Shown: piece after piece, positions 10,298-23,085 of the stretch | How positions within the stretch are numbered: position 1 is the first letter of the stretch | Layout of the letters: each line of letters begins with the position of its first letter | From: an uncultured archaeon | GTDB taxonomy: Archaea > Asgardarchaeota > Heimdallarchaeia > Heimdallarchaeales > Heimdallarchaeaceae | Reading direction: 5' to 3' | NCBI GenBank assembly: GCA_964534625.1 | Contig: CAZHRF010000001.1 | Coordinates: 1-64,000 of the forward strand | DNA length: 64,000 nucleotides | Program-made: the position numbers and the translations under genes | Notes under the pieces: model-generated | Databases searched by the model: none | What the model was told of the DNA's origin: nothing | What the model saw: the letters and a program-made list of their open reading frames with translations, nothing else

Positions 10298-10378
10298 CTA
10301 TGTAGGCGAAGCCCGAAGACGATCTCTCATTCAATGCAATATACATTTTGTCAAGATCACGGAGGTAGCTTCGCCTAT
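10298..10378 (-). ncRNA. H/ACA-like guide sRNA (single hairpin, K-turn, ACA tail)
   Basis: AGGCGAAGC/GCTTCGCCT lower stem followed directly by ACA; internal pocket; GATCT/AGATC upper stem; UGA/AAUGA K-turn-like motif; upstream TTTATTAA. Confidence 0.6.
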
Positions 10379-10461
10379 TTTTCTATTAATATAATATTTA
10401 ATAAATTCTCTTATTGTGGTTTATTAGATATGCTTATTATTCTGAATAATATCATTATTTT

Positions 10462-11082
10462 ATGATTCTTGAAATACGCGAATTATTAGAAAAAATTGAT
10501 CTCTTAGTAGATGCAGAAGAAAGACGTTTAACCGATAAAATTGACGAATTGAAGGAAGAATTGGCTCAACAAAGATTCAACCAAAACCAATCAAATAAAA
10601 TGGAAAATACTATCACAAATTTGAAACAACAATTAAGTAGTTTGAAAGAAAAATGCACTGGTTATGAAAAAACACTAGATGATTATTCAAATATAGAGAA
10701 TCAAATTACCAAACTATCTCAAAAGAATGAAGATCTAGAAAACAAGGTTCAAGAATATACGTTTCAACTAGAGCAATTCGAAAAAATACAACAGGACTAT
10801 AATTTTCTTGTTGAAAATCATAATAAACTAAAACAAGAACAAACAGGTTACAAATTTACTATAAAAGTAATCTCTGATTGGATACCTAGTCAAAAAGAGA
10901 ATATATCTATTTTACTTGCTTTATCGTCTGCACCTGAACATAAGTTATCGTATAAAGACTTGAATGAAAGAACAACAATCCCTCAAGTTACTTTAAAAAA
11001 TAGAATAATTCCATTGCTTGAAGAAAAATCTCTAGTAGATGTAAAAAAACCATTTATAATCTTGAGTATCGGAGACGACTAA
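10462..11082 (+). CDS. coiled-coil protein with C-terminal winged helix
   Basis: ~130 aa E/Q/K-rich heptads then LSYKDLNERTTIPQVTLKNRIIPLLEEKSLV. Confidence 0.7.
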   Translation: MILEIRELLEKIDLLVDAEERRLTDKIDELKEELAQQRFNQNQSNKMENTITNLKQQLSSLKEKCTGYEKTLDDYSNIENQITKLSQKNEDLENKVQEYTFQLEQFEKIQQDYNFLVENHNKLKQEQTGYKFTIKVISDWIPSQKENISILLALSSAPEHKLSYKDLNERTTIPQVTLKNRIIPLLEEKSLVDVKKPFIILSIGDD

Positions 11083-11150
11083 TAGTTCTATATTTATGGA
11101 CTTTGGTATTCTCAACAAATTTAAATAAGTTGCAATCTTATATTATTTGC

Positions 11151-11963
11151 ATGAAAAGATTATTCCGTAAACGACGTGGTGTAAGTAATATAATTGCTAC
11201 TTTGATAATATTTACTGTAATGATAGCTGCGCTCTCACTAGCCTTTTCCCAAATAATCCCTACTCTAGAACGTTTTCAAACACAAAGTGATTTAACTTTA
11301 GCGACAAATACTTTCCTAAATTTCGATTCTGCCATTACTAGATTAATTAATTCTCCTGATAATAGTTCATCAGTGGTTAGATATCCTTTACCAAGTGGAG
11401 AATTGAATTTGAAACCAGGTACCCCCATTTCTTTATTAGTGATGTCAAATGGCGATGAAATCTTTAGTACTTCTATCACAAAAGGTGAACTCATTTTTAC
11501 TTTGTATGGTAATTACAGAAGTCAGGGGGGTCCTATTTATGATATTGGTGATCCAACTATTCTCGCCTATTCAACAAATAATACAGAGAGGATGACAAAT
11601 ATTGTTAGACAGACTTTTGATAACTATAAGGCGTTAAAACTATTCTATAATGTATTTGCTACAATCGAAGAAACAGCAACATTTGATATAGTTGTTAATT
11701 TTTTTGTGCTTGAACTTGATACTGTTTCAAAGAGTGATGAAACAAATGAATACTTTCCAATTATTAATTCACAAACCAATATCAAAATTCTAAAAGCGTC
11801 CCATGAGTTGGAAAGCAATACCTTTGATTTGATAAATGGTGATTTAAGTATAGGTGGTCAAAGTAGTACTTTTTTCCAAGAAGAAACATATGAACCTAGA
11901 TATTCAACATTTGGGTTGACGGTTAATATACACACTATCAAAATTCTTTTTTCAACAATATAG
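11151..11963 (+). CDS. type IV pilin-like protein (class III signal peptide)
   Basis: MKRLFRKRRG/VSNIIATLIIFTVMIAALSL; ATG at 11151 preferred to TTG at 11103. Confidence 0.8.
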   Translation: MKRLFRKRRGVSNIIATLIIFTVMIAALSLAFSQIIPTLERFQTQSDLTLATNTFLNFDSAITRLINSPDNSSSVVRYPLPSGELNLKPGTPISLLVMSNGDEIFSTSITKGELIFTLYGNYRSQGGPIYDIGDPTILAYSTNNTERMTNIVRQTFDNYKALKLFYNVFATIEETATFDIVVNFFVLELDTVSKSDETNEYFPIINSQTNIKILKASHELESNTFDLINGDLSIGGQSSTFFQEETYEPRYSTFGLTVNIHTIKILFSTI

Positions 11964-12088
11964 TAAATTCGCTGTTTGTAATATTATTATCATCATTTAT
12001 ATTTGGTGTAATATCTATTAAGGTAAAGTATATATAATAAGTCATACTATAGTAAACTTACCACGAAAGTGGATGTAGCCATGTCTGT

Positions 12089-12117
12089 AAAGGTATGAGG
12101 TTTTTCCTCATACCTTT
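12089..12117. other. perfect 12-bp hairpin upstream of 16S
   Basis: AAAGGTATGAGG-TTTTT-CCTCATACCTTT. Confidence 0.6.
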
Positions 12118-12415
12118 CTTTAGATTATTGTTTTTCATTTAATGTTCTCAAAGCATAAATTTTTTATAATTTATGTTTTGCCATTCCTACTGATAGAATT
12201 GGATGAAATTTTTTTTGTATATTGTATTGGATTAGTTATATGACTGCTATATTCGTTTGACTATAAGACGTCAATCAACAGACATAAATAGCTTGTTAAT
12301 TCTCTTGATTATAGTAAAAATTCATTGGTATAAAAAAACAAAAAATGCCAATGAACGATAACTTAAAAAACCCATATAAAACATAGAGATTGCAATTAAA
12401 AATGCAATATCACCT

Positions 12416-14127
<1,712 letters not shown>

Positions 14128-14267
14128 TTTTTTGATTAAAAATTATTTCTTCAATTTTTTGACTTTTTATTCTCTTGTTGTTTTTATTAGTTTTTTATAG
14201 TATTCTTTTCTTCATATTTCTTCATCTTTCCATAAAAATTATTATAGAGAACGTTTTAACTTTAATT

Positions 14268-14669
14268 ATGAACTTTCAATCATCTCTCCCCACTCTAATT
14301 AAACAAGCAAAAAAAGCCTATTCTTTGGCTTTTGCGCCTTATAGTAATTTTAAAGTTGGAGCTGCTTTACTGACAGAAGATGGAAACATTTATTCTGGTT
14401 GTAATGTTGAATTTGCAGATTATTTAGTTTTACATGCTGAGTTAAACGCAATTGGGTCTGCAGTAACTTCAGGCGAAACTAGTTTTGTAGCTATGGTTAT
14501 TTATTCTAATCGCGAACCTCCTGTTCTCCCTTGTGGTTCTTGTAGACAAAAAATTTATGAATTTTCGGCTCTTCATAATACTGATATTAGAGTTATTGCT
14601 ATTAATAATAATACTCAGATAAGTTCTTCGATAAAAACGCTTTTACCTGATGCAGATATTTTTAATTGA
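14268..14669 (+). CDS. cdd: cytidine deaminase
   Basis: APYSNFKVGAAL, HAE, PCGSCRQ; start moved to ATG 14268. Confidence 0.92.
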   Translation: MNFQSSLPTLIKQAKKAYSLAFAPYSNFKVGAALLTEDGNIYSGCNVEFADYLVLHAELNAIGSAVTSGETSFVAMVIYSNREPPVLPCGSCRQKIYEFSALHNTDIRVIAINNNTQISSSIKTLLPDADIFN

Positions 14670-14929
14670 TTTTTTAAAGTATTAAACACTTAAACGAAAT
14701 CTACTTTTATGTTTATTCTATTACTTTATAATTCATACAATTAGCACATAACCAGAAATCCTTCACTTCTTTCAATTCTATATCATCTGGAAGATAATCG
14801 TGTTTTTTGATCATTGTTCCCCCACATTTTGGACATTTTTTTACATTTTCGTCATTCATTTGTTTTCACGAGATAATATTGAATACCACTATAAATTATT
14901 TCTGCATCTTAAGTTTTTTTCCTTCCTTA

Positions 14930-14967
14930 GTAGTTACAAAATAGTACTGTAGTTACAAAATAGTACT
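14930..14967 (+). repeat. tandem 19-bp duplication
   Basis: GTAGTTACAAAATAGTACT x2. Confidence 0.9.
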
Positions 14968-14999
14968 CTATTTGTATGATTTTTGTGATGAGTTTTTTA

Positions 15000-15512
15000 G
15001 GCAGTTTTAGGAACTTACCTAAAAATGTAGCACTTCACCCAACTGGCAACGTGACGAAGAGGAACATGATGTACCTGTAGTCAAGGAGTATACGAGAAGA
15101 ATCCGGGAACAAAAGGACATACTGGTCCTGTGGCGATAGAAGCACAGATGATACGGACAAGGCTAAATGGCACGACCTTAGCGCCCGTAAGCGGGTTCAT
15201 TGCACTATTGACCCTGGGACTCATGGGTGGCCCAACTAGGTTTAGTCAGTCATCCTTAGGAAGACTACCACCTCCAGGGCGACAGACTGGTCATTCACGG
15301 AGAAGAACCAGAAACTGTCTGGTACTGCGACCAATGGCCGAGTACGGTGAAAGAACGGTATAAAGAGAGGGGGAAATAAGAGTGAGAATGAAGGTCTTTA
15401 ATCGTTGAATACTTGGCCATAATTACATAGTTAACAAACCGCCTGGCTATGTTCTTGGCACCATTTAAGTCAGCATGGCATAGGCTAAAATTTTCTTTAA
15501 GTGGATGGAATC
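15000..15512 (+). mobile_element. decayed IS4-superfamily transposase remnant
   Basis: GC-richer island; frameshifted pieces RLVIHGEEPETVWY / ATN / VKERYKERG / EI resemble the W.L.TN...Y..RW.IE transposase motif; TTTAAGTGGATGG resembles IS4-group ends. Confidence 0.45.
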
Positions 15513-15904
15513 CTTAAATGTTTTCTTAATTCGGATTAGTACTATTACTAAAGCTAATTATGAATAAAAATCTGTTTTTTTACCATACGTCTTCTAGCGG
15601 GTGTAGAACAAACCAAGATTATAACATTTATACTAAAATAGAGCGTTTTGTAACAAACACAAATAAGGTGATGAATAAAAATGCCATAAGCATTAAGGTT
15701 CTATGAAAATGGAATTTGAGAGAAAAAAAAGATTGTGTGGAAAATATGCTGTGATTCAGTTTTAAAGCTTCCAATTAAGTAATGGAGTTTTCACATATTC
15801 AGAGCGTAACCTTCTTAAACACAACAATGCTTTATCTCGTGTTTGATATATCTAGGTATGTCTGATTTAAATTAACAAGTATATACCTAGTTTATTGATG
15901 TAAA

Positions 15905-17812
15905 TTGAAGGTGAATATATTGAATCTTGAACAATGGATCAACGAAAAAGATTTACAAAAACTTGAATCTCTTAATAATGAAAAAATTATGAAAGTAATC
16001 CATGATTTTTTATCCCTCTGTAAACCAAAAGAAGCTAAAGTAATAGATGACTCAAAAGAAGACATTGCTTCTGTTCGTCAATTAGCTATTAAAAATAGTG
16101 AAGAGCAGCAGTTGAAAATGGAAGGACATACGATACATTTTGATGGTTTTTATGACCAAGCTAGGGACAAAAAAAACACTTGTATTTTAATTGATCCTGA
16201 AGAAAAGGATAAGTATGGTCCTCATCTTAATACACTTCCTAGAACTGAAGGTTTAGATGAAATTTTAAATATCATGGATGGTTGTATGAAGAACAAAATT
16301 GCTCTAATCAGATTTTTCTGTTTAGGACCAACTAACTCTTCATTCTCTCAATGTGCACTCCAAATTACTGATTCTGCTTATGTTGCTCATTCTGAAGACT
16401 TATTATATAGACGAGGATATGAAGAATTTAAAAGGCTTAAGGATCCTAATGATTTTTTTTATTTTATTCATTCAGCTGGTGAGTTGACCGATGCAAATGT
16501 CACTAAGAATGTAGATAAAAGGCGTATTTATGTTGATTTACAAGAAAATCGTGTTCTTTCTGTAAATAATCAATATGCAGGTAATAGTCTTGGATTAAAG
16601 AAGCTTGCACTTCGATTGGCTATTAATAAAGCTATTTACAATGGATGGTTAACTGAACACATGTTTATTTCTGGTATTCATTCTCCATTCAAAGAAAGAA
16701 AAAGTTATTTTTTGGGTGCATTTCCAAGTGCATGTGGAAAAACTTCTACTGCCATGGTACCTGGGAATACTATAGTTGGAGACGATATTGCATATCTTCG
16801 TTTAGATAATAAGAATATCCCAAAAGCTGTGAATATTGAAAGTGGTATATTTGGAATTATAAAAGATGTTAATCCTAAAGATGACCCTGTTATATATAAT
16901 ACTCTCACTACAGAAAATGAATTGATATTTTCAAATGTTTTGATTAATGATGGAACCCCCTATTGGATTGGAATGGGAGATCAAGTAGATATTCCCCAAA
17001 AAGGAACGAATTGGTCTTCATCTTTATTAGGTGAGTGGTATAAAGGAAAAAAAGGTCCAGATGGTAATGAATTACCCCCATCCCATCCAAATGCTAGATA
17101 TACTATAAAAATTGAAGATCTTGAGAACTTTGATGAAACTTTACATGATCCCGAAGGCGTAATTGTTTCAGGAATTATTTATGGTGGTAGAGATTCTGAT
17201 ACTTCAGTACCTGTTTTTGAGTCATTTGATTGGGAACATGGAGTTTACGTAGGTGCAACAATTGAATCCGAAACTACTTCTGCGACATTAGGTAAAACTG
17301 GTGTAAGAAAGCATAATCCAATGGCAAACCTTGATTTCATTGTTGTTCCTCTTGGTGATTATATCAAGTCTCATCTAGATTTTGGAAAGAAAATACCTGA
17401 TGACAATAGACCATGTATATTTTCAACTAACTATTTCTTGAAAGATGAAGATGGTCAATATTATGATGAAATTCTTGACAAGAAAGTTTGGTTATCTTGG
17501 GCAGAAGGGAGATATCATGGCGATTATGAAGCAATTGAAACACCTATAGGTTACCTTCCAAAATATGAGGACTTAGTAGATCTTTTTCAAAACATTTTTG
17601 ATAAACCATATGATAAAAAAAGATACCAAAAGGAATTTTCTATAAGAGTTGATAAATTCCTCGAAAAATGTGATAGAATTGAAGAAAGTTTCAAACACGA
17701 GAACCTCCCCAATGAATTTTATACCCAGCATGACCTTCAGAAAAAAAGATTGTTAGATATAAAGAAAAAATATAACAAATCTATAATCTTTCCTTCCGAT
17801 TTTATCAAATAG
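15905..17812 (+). CDS. pckG: phosphoenolpyruvate carboxykinase (GTP)
   Basis: QITDSAYV, YAGNSLGLKK, AFPSACGKTS, VGDDIA, HPNARYT, YGGRD. Confidence 0.96.
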   Translation: MKVNILNLEQWINEKDLQKLESLNNEKIMKVIHDFLSLCKPKEAKVIDDSKEDIASVRQLAIKNSEEQQLKMEGHTIHFDGFYDQARDKKNTCILIDPEEKDKYGPHLNTLPRTEGLDEILNIMDGCMKNKIALIRFFCLGPTNSSFSQCALQITDSAYVAHSEDLLYRRGYEEFKRLKDPNDFFYFIHSAGELTDANVTKNVDKRRIYVDLQENRVLSVNNQYAGNSLGLKKLALRLAINKAIYNGWLTEHMFISGIHSPFKERKSYFLGAFPSACGKTSTAMVPGNTIVGDDIAYLRLDNKNIPKAVNIESGIFGIIKDVNPKDDPVIYNTLTTENELIFSNVLINDGTPYWIGMGDQVDIPQKGTNWSSSLLGEWYKGKKGPDGNELPPSHPNARYTIKIEDLENFDETLHDPEGVIVSGIIYGGRDSDTSVPVFESFDWEHGVYVGATIESETTSATLGKTGVRKHNPMANLDFIVVPLGDYIKSHLDFGKKIPDDNRPCIFSTNYFLKDEDGQYYDEILDKKVWLSWAEGRYHGDYEAIETPIGYLPKYEDLVDLFQNIFDKPYDKKRYQKEFSIRVDKFLEKCDRIEESFKHENLPNEFYTQHDLQKKRLLDIKKKYNKSIIFPSDFIK

Positions 17813-18040
17813 CATCTTAATTTGTCAATGAATATAGTAGCCTTTAAAATTAGGCTCTATTATTTATTTTTTATACAAAATTCAAAAACTCTAATCTCAT
17901 AAATGGTGTCTCGAATATTTAACGTACCGATTAAAATGATCAAAACGTACACAGCAAAATTTTGAAACGTTTCATTTTTCTATTGAAATAATAAAGGTAA
18001 AAATATTTTTTAATGGTTGAATTTATTGTAGATTGATAAT

Positions 18041-18568
18041 ATGACTGTTTTATGGAAACAACTAGAAACTGGTCCAAATCCACCTGAAGAGATTTATTGT
18101 ATAATTGAAAATCCAAAAAATAATAAAAATAAATATGAAATGAGTAAAGATGGTATAATTTATTTAGACCGGGTTTTACATTCCTCTGTTCATTTTCCTG
18201 GTGATTATGGATTAATCCCCCAAACGTATTATGAGGATGGTGATCCTCTTGATGTATTGGTCCTAATAACTGAACCAACATTTCCTGGTTGTGTGTTAAT
18301 GGCGCGTCCTATTGGTGTTTTAAAGATGAAAGATGAGAAGGGATCTGATGATAAAATTTTAGCTGTAGCTTCTAATGATCCTTTATATATGAAGGTTCAC
18401 TCTTTGAATGATATTTATCCTCATACAATAATTGAAATCGCTGAGTTTTTTAGAAGCTACAAAGGTCTTGAACCTTCAAAAAAAACTGAGGTTAAAGGTT
18501 GGGAATCTAAAGAAGCTGCTCTAAAAACGATAGTTGATTCAATGAAATTATATAATGAGCTATTTTAA
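18041..18568 (+). CDS. ppa: inorganic pyrophosphatase (family I)
   Basis: NKYE, YGLIPQT, EDGDPLDVLV, DEKGSDDK, FFRSYK. Confidence 0.97.
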   Translation: MTVLWKQLETGPNPPEEIYCIIENPKNNKNKYEMSKDGIIYLDRVLHSSVHFPGDYGLIPQTYYEDGDPLDVLVLITEPTFPGCVLMARPIGVLKMKDEKGSDDKILAVASNDPLYMKVHSLNDIYPHTIIEIAEFFRSYKGLEPSKKTEVKGWESKEAALKTIVDSMKLYNELF

Positions 18569-19543
18569 GGATAGCGCCTTATGCTTTCAATTTTTAAAAT
18601 CTATAATTATTAAATCGAAACACACGATGAATAGTTCTGATATACTCACTATATGCTTAATCCATCTTATTCTTAACCAAATGTCTTTTTTTAATAATGA
18701 TCCCTTCATTGTTTGATTTATTGAGACTCAATCAGAACTAATAATGACTTAATATCCAGTTACAAGACGTGTACTTGGTATAGGAGCCACTATACAATAT
18801 ATCAAGCAAGGTATAGTGTATCAACTATTCATTGAAACATAGTAAAAATGCATCTAGGCCTCACTCAACCTAACAAACGTAAATTTTTCAAAAGTTTAAA
18901 AAAAAGTATAAAAAAACATTAAGGTTTTTATAGTTTTCCTATACCATACTTTAATCTATAGGAACTAATGTAAAAGGACTTTGTCCGTCATGTCCATCAT
19001 TTCTATGAGGACCATCGAATTTAGCTTTCATTTTGATTTCACCCAATTTTTATTGGTAATTGAATAATAGAAGAAACATTCAAGATACCAACAGAAAAAA
19101 AGTGACAGTACATATGTAGAAATTATAGCTAGTTGGATTAAATCATAGTTGAAACAATCAAAGGAATCATAGAACAATATCTTTTTATCTTAGGCGAGAT
19201 AAGTAAATATACGAACATCAAGTTCGTAAATTCTGATATCTTACTTTAACCAGTAAGAAAATATTAATTTAAAATATTCATATCAATATGTATTTGTTGT
19301 TGATAATTGGTGTTTATGATCAAAACTCAAAGTATAGTGGTAGTAATTTATATACTTACTTGAAAAAGTTAATGAACACTAATTTTATATATGTAACAAA
19401 AACAACAAAGAATGCATATAAGATTAGTATCAAATCACCTCCTAGGATGAAAATCCACTAGTAATTACAATATCAAACTAGTTAGCTAACAAGAACTCTC
19501 CAAATAGGCGAAAACTGAATTATTACTATTTTAAAGTAACCTC

Positions 19544-22500
19544 AACTATGCATACGCCATGCAGTGGATGACTAGGCTAGGGTGCCGATGAAGGACGTGG
19601 TAAGCGGCGAAACGCTACGGGGAGGCGCATACAGCCATCGATCCGTAGGTCTCCGAATCGGATTTCCGGTTACAGTTGATAAGACTGTAACAACCAGTAA
19701 TGGTGGGGAACGGCGGGAACCAAAACATTCAAGTACCGCCAGGAAAAGAAAACAATCGTGATTCCGGTAGTAACGGCGAGTAAACCCGGAACAGGTCAAA
19801 CCGAATGCCTATATTAATAATATGGGTGGATGTGGTGTTTTTGACTATCAAAGGATCGTCAGAGCTAAGTCGAAATAGCTTATGAAAGCTATGCCAAAGA
19901 AGGTAATAGCCCTGTAGACGTAAACTCTCGACCTGATAGATTTCAAGATTAATGTGGCTTGGATTTGTCGCATGAATTTGGGAAAACTTAGTCCCAAACC
20001 TAAATACATCCCTAGACCGATAGCGAACTAGTAACGTGAGTGAAAGTTGAAAAGTATTCGAAATACGAGAGTGAAAAGTCCCTGAAACTGTATGGTAACA
20101 GACGTGAATGGCTTAAAAGAGTAGATTCTGAGTGAAGGAAATCATTGTGAAGTGTGAGTACGAATTCAGAGGATCGAGGTCATTCGTTCCGTCTCGAAAC
20201 ACGGGCCGAGGAGTTTAAATCTGTGGCAAGACAAAACATTAGTGGTGTCGTAGCGAAAGCAACCAGCACGCAGCCGTAAGGTCAGGTGCGACGTCCGACA
20301 AGGGCGTGAAGTCACAGGTTTAAGACCCGAAAGCAGTTGATCTATCCCTGGTCAAGATGAAGCGCTTCGAAAGGGGCGTGGAGGTCTGAAGAGGTATTGA
20401 TATGCAATTCATTCTTCTGAATTGGGGATAGTGGCAAAAGACCAATCTAAACTGCTGATAGCTGGTTCCTCCCGAAGTATAACCACAGTATAGCGTCATT
20501 GGAGGTCGTATGTGCGGTAGAGCGACGGGTGGGGGTTTCCGTGGAGTGAAATCTGCGCGCCCCTTTCCAACTCCGAACTTGCATACACCATAGAAGATGA
20601 TAGACGGGCGCATATCCGCAAGGGATATGGCCGAAAGGGGATCAACCCTACGATGGGTTAAGGGCCCTAAATCCCGGTTAAATGTTAAACAGAATGGCGT
20701 CCAACAGCGAAGACAATGAGGCGGTAAGCTTAGAAGCAGCTAACCGTTAAAAAAAGCGTAACAGCTTACTCATCGAGTTGTTGGGCCCAGAAAATGGACG
20801 GGGCTAAACCGGGTCCCGATACCTGTCCGGACTTCAAAAGAGTCTCGGGTAGGGAGGCGATCGGATTGGACAGAAGCTGGGAAGTGATTTCCAGTGGACC
20901 GTTCTGATTTGCAGATCTCGGCGGTAGTAGGAGCATAGTGAGGTGGGAATCCTCATCGCCAAAAGCCCAAGGGTTCCTTGGCACTGTTCGTCAGCCAAGG
21001 GTTAGTCGGTCCTAAGGTGGAACTTAATACGACAAACCGAAAGGGAAACAGGTTCATATTCCTGTACCATACGTATAGTCGCGGCAACGCAAGTTCCGAG
21101 CTGACACTAGTGGGTAGGTGGTCTAAAAATCAAATTTTAGTTAAATCAAGAAATCTGGGAAGAACCGTTATGGTGAGAACCAGACGAATTGATGAATAGG
21201 CGAGCCATTGGTTGCTTGCTACCATTGATCCCAATAGTCCGTGAAAAAGCGAAGAAAAATACGATTACGTATGACCGTACCCAGAACCGACACAGGTGTG
21301 GCTAGCTGAGAAGGCTAAGGCGTGTTAGGATAGTTTAGGTGAAGGAAATCGGCAAATTGGCCCCGTACCTTGGGTATAAGGGGTGCCTGGAAAGGTGAAT
21401 GCCTTACCAGGTCGCAGTGACAAGGGGCACCCGACTGTTTAATAAAAACATAGCAAACTGCAAGGGTGAAAACCTGTGTACAGTTTGTGAATCCTGGCCA
21501 GTGCAGGTGATTGAAACCGGGGTACAACTCGGCTAAGACCCTGTAAACGCCGGAGCTAACTATGAGCTTCTTAAGGTAGGCAAATGCCTAGTCTGCTAAT
21601 TACAGACGTCCATGAAGGGACCAACGAGGTGCCCGCTGTCTCCACCTAAAACCTACTGAACCCACAGTCCAGCGAACAGTCTGGAACGCACCATCGGGAA
21701 GAGAAGACCCTGTGGAGCTTTACTGCTGTCAGGGGCTGTTATACTGGTGTGCATGCATAGAATAGTCAGGAGATGTTGATGGTGTGTTCTCCGGGACACA
21801 CTGAAGTTGATCTTGAAATACTGACCATGTGCATTGGTATGACTTACCTCTTGCGAGGGGGACACCCCCTGCCTGGCAGTTTCACTGGGGCGGTAGCCTT
21901 TTGAAAAGATATCAAAAGGGCCCAAAGCCGAGCTCAACCGGGACAGAAATCCGGTGTAGAGTGCAAGGGCAAAAGCTCGGTTGACTGTGAATCCAATTAA
22001 ACGGTTCGCAGATGTTAACGCAGGGCCTAGCGATCTTTCGCATTTGCCATATGTAGGCGGCGGAAGTGACAGAAAAGTTACCCCAGGGGTAACTGCACTT
22101 CTAAACGGAAGTGGCTTAAAAACTGGGTAACAATTACATTTATTATCTTTCAAAAAGGTTTATCAAAAAGGCAAAAATTTTTGGGTCTTCCTAAACGATT
22201 TATATAGTGAGGAAATAGTCAAGTAACTTCAGTTACAGGCCTATTGATTTGAGCAGATAGATTAACCTGATATTAAGAAACCATCAGAACACAGTAAAAC
22301 TATAAGAGCCATTATTCCGTGAGTGAACGATAGATAGGTTAAGAGATTGGTAACTTGCCTTTACAGGCCGACAACTGGTCTCTAATAACCGATGTGCAAA
22401 AATATTTTGTGCAAGTGCAGCCCTGAACAGAGTTGTCGTGGGTAAGAGTTCACATCGACCTCACGGCTTGCTACCTCGATGTCGGCTCTTCCTAGCTTGG

Positions 22501-22908
22501 TGGTGATTAAGCCACCAAGAGTGGGGTTGTTCGCCCATTAAAAGGGAACGTGAGCTGGGTTTAGACCGTTGTGAGACAGGTTGGATTCTATCTGATGGTG
22601 CTGGCGGGCGATTGAGAGCAAAATCTCCACAGTACGAGAGGAACAGGCGGTTGGGGCCGCTGGTGTACCGGTTGTTCTAAAGAGCATTGCCGGGTAGCTA
22701 AGCCCTTGACGATAAGAGCGGAAAGCATCTATGCTCGAAGCGTTTCTCAAAACGAGTCGCCCATTCTGCTCTATTCTGGGGACTGGTGACAGTAACCTTA
22801 AGAGTAGACGAGAGCGCGGAAAAAAGATCCGTTTGATAGAGCGGGGGTGTAAGCGTCGAGCTTTGGCGAGATGTTTAGCCTACCGCTACTAACTGCTCAA
22901 GCATAGTT
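19544..22908 (+). rRNA. rrl: 23S rRNA, interrupted by one intron
   Basis: Terminal stem AACTATGC/GCATAGTT, CCGATGAAGGACGTGG, CCGATAGCGAAC, CTTAGAAGCAGC, CCTCGATGTCGGCTC, sarcin-ricin loop AGTACGAGAGGAAC. Confidence 0.98.
22092..22426 (+). other. 335-nt bulge-helix-bulge (endonuclease-spliced) intron in 23S rRNA
   Basis: Removal restores CCCCAGGGGTA|ACAGAGTTG; CTGCACTT/AAGTGCAG closing stem, GGGG/CCCT helix, TAA and GAA bulges. Confidence 0.9.
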
Positions 22909-23085
22909 AGGCCAAATGAAGTGGTAATATTCAGTTGCTAAATACTTGGAGAGTTCTTGTTAATTAACTAGTTATTTTTTATTTATTGCTTTTAAATTTC
23001 AAAGTGAGACATACAGATTTATTTTTGTAAAATTTTTATAAAAATGCGTGATGTGGAGTTTTTATATAATAAATAGATACTAATT

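Larger units (their letters stand above)
19478..22971 (+). other. pre-23S processing stem with BHB (arms 19478-19528 and 22921-22971)
   Basis: CTAGTTAGCTAACAAGAACTCTCCAA pairs with TTGGAGAGTTCTTGTTAATTAACTAG; central helix GGCG/TGCT with two AAA bulges. Confidence 0.85.

Noticed and set aside
15000-15512. RNase P, SRP, group II intron or HEARO RNA
   Set aside because: No GAGGAAAGUCC, SRP helix 8 or domain V motif found; ORF 15130..15363 is also not a credible protein
18570-19470. 900-bp gap before 23S as a hidden gene or 5S rRNA
   Set aside because: No ORF, 5S motif or repeat recognisable; probably promoter plus decayed sequence
22091-22425. Group I intron at L2449 (exon ends in U, insert ends in G)
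   Set aside because: No recognisable P7 R/S pair; the terminal stem plus BHB explains the junctions better
19572-22750. Seven ORFs within the 23S region
   Set aside because: They overlap rRNA sequence; spurious
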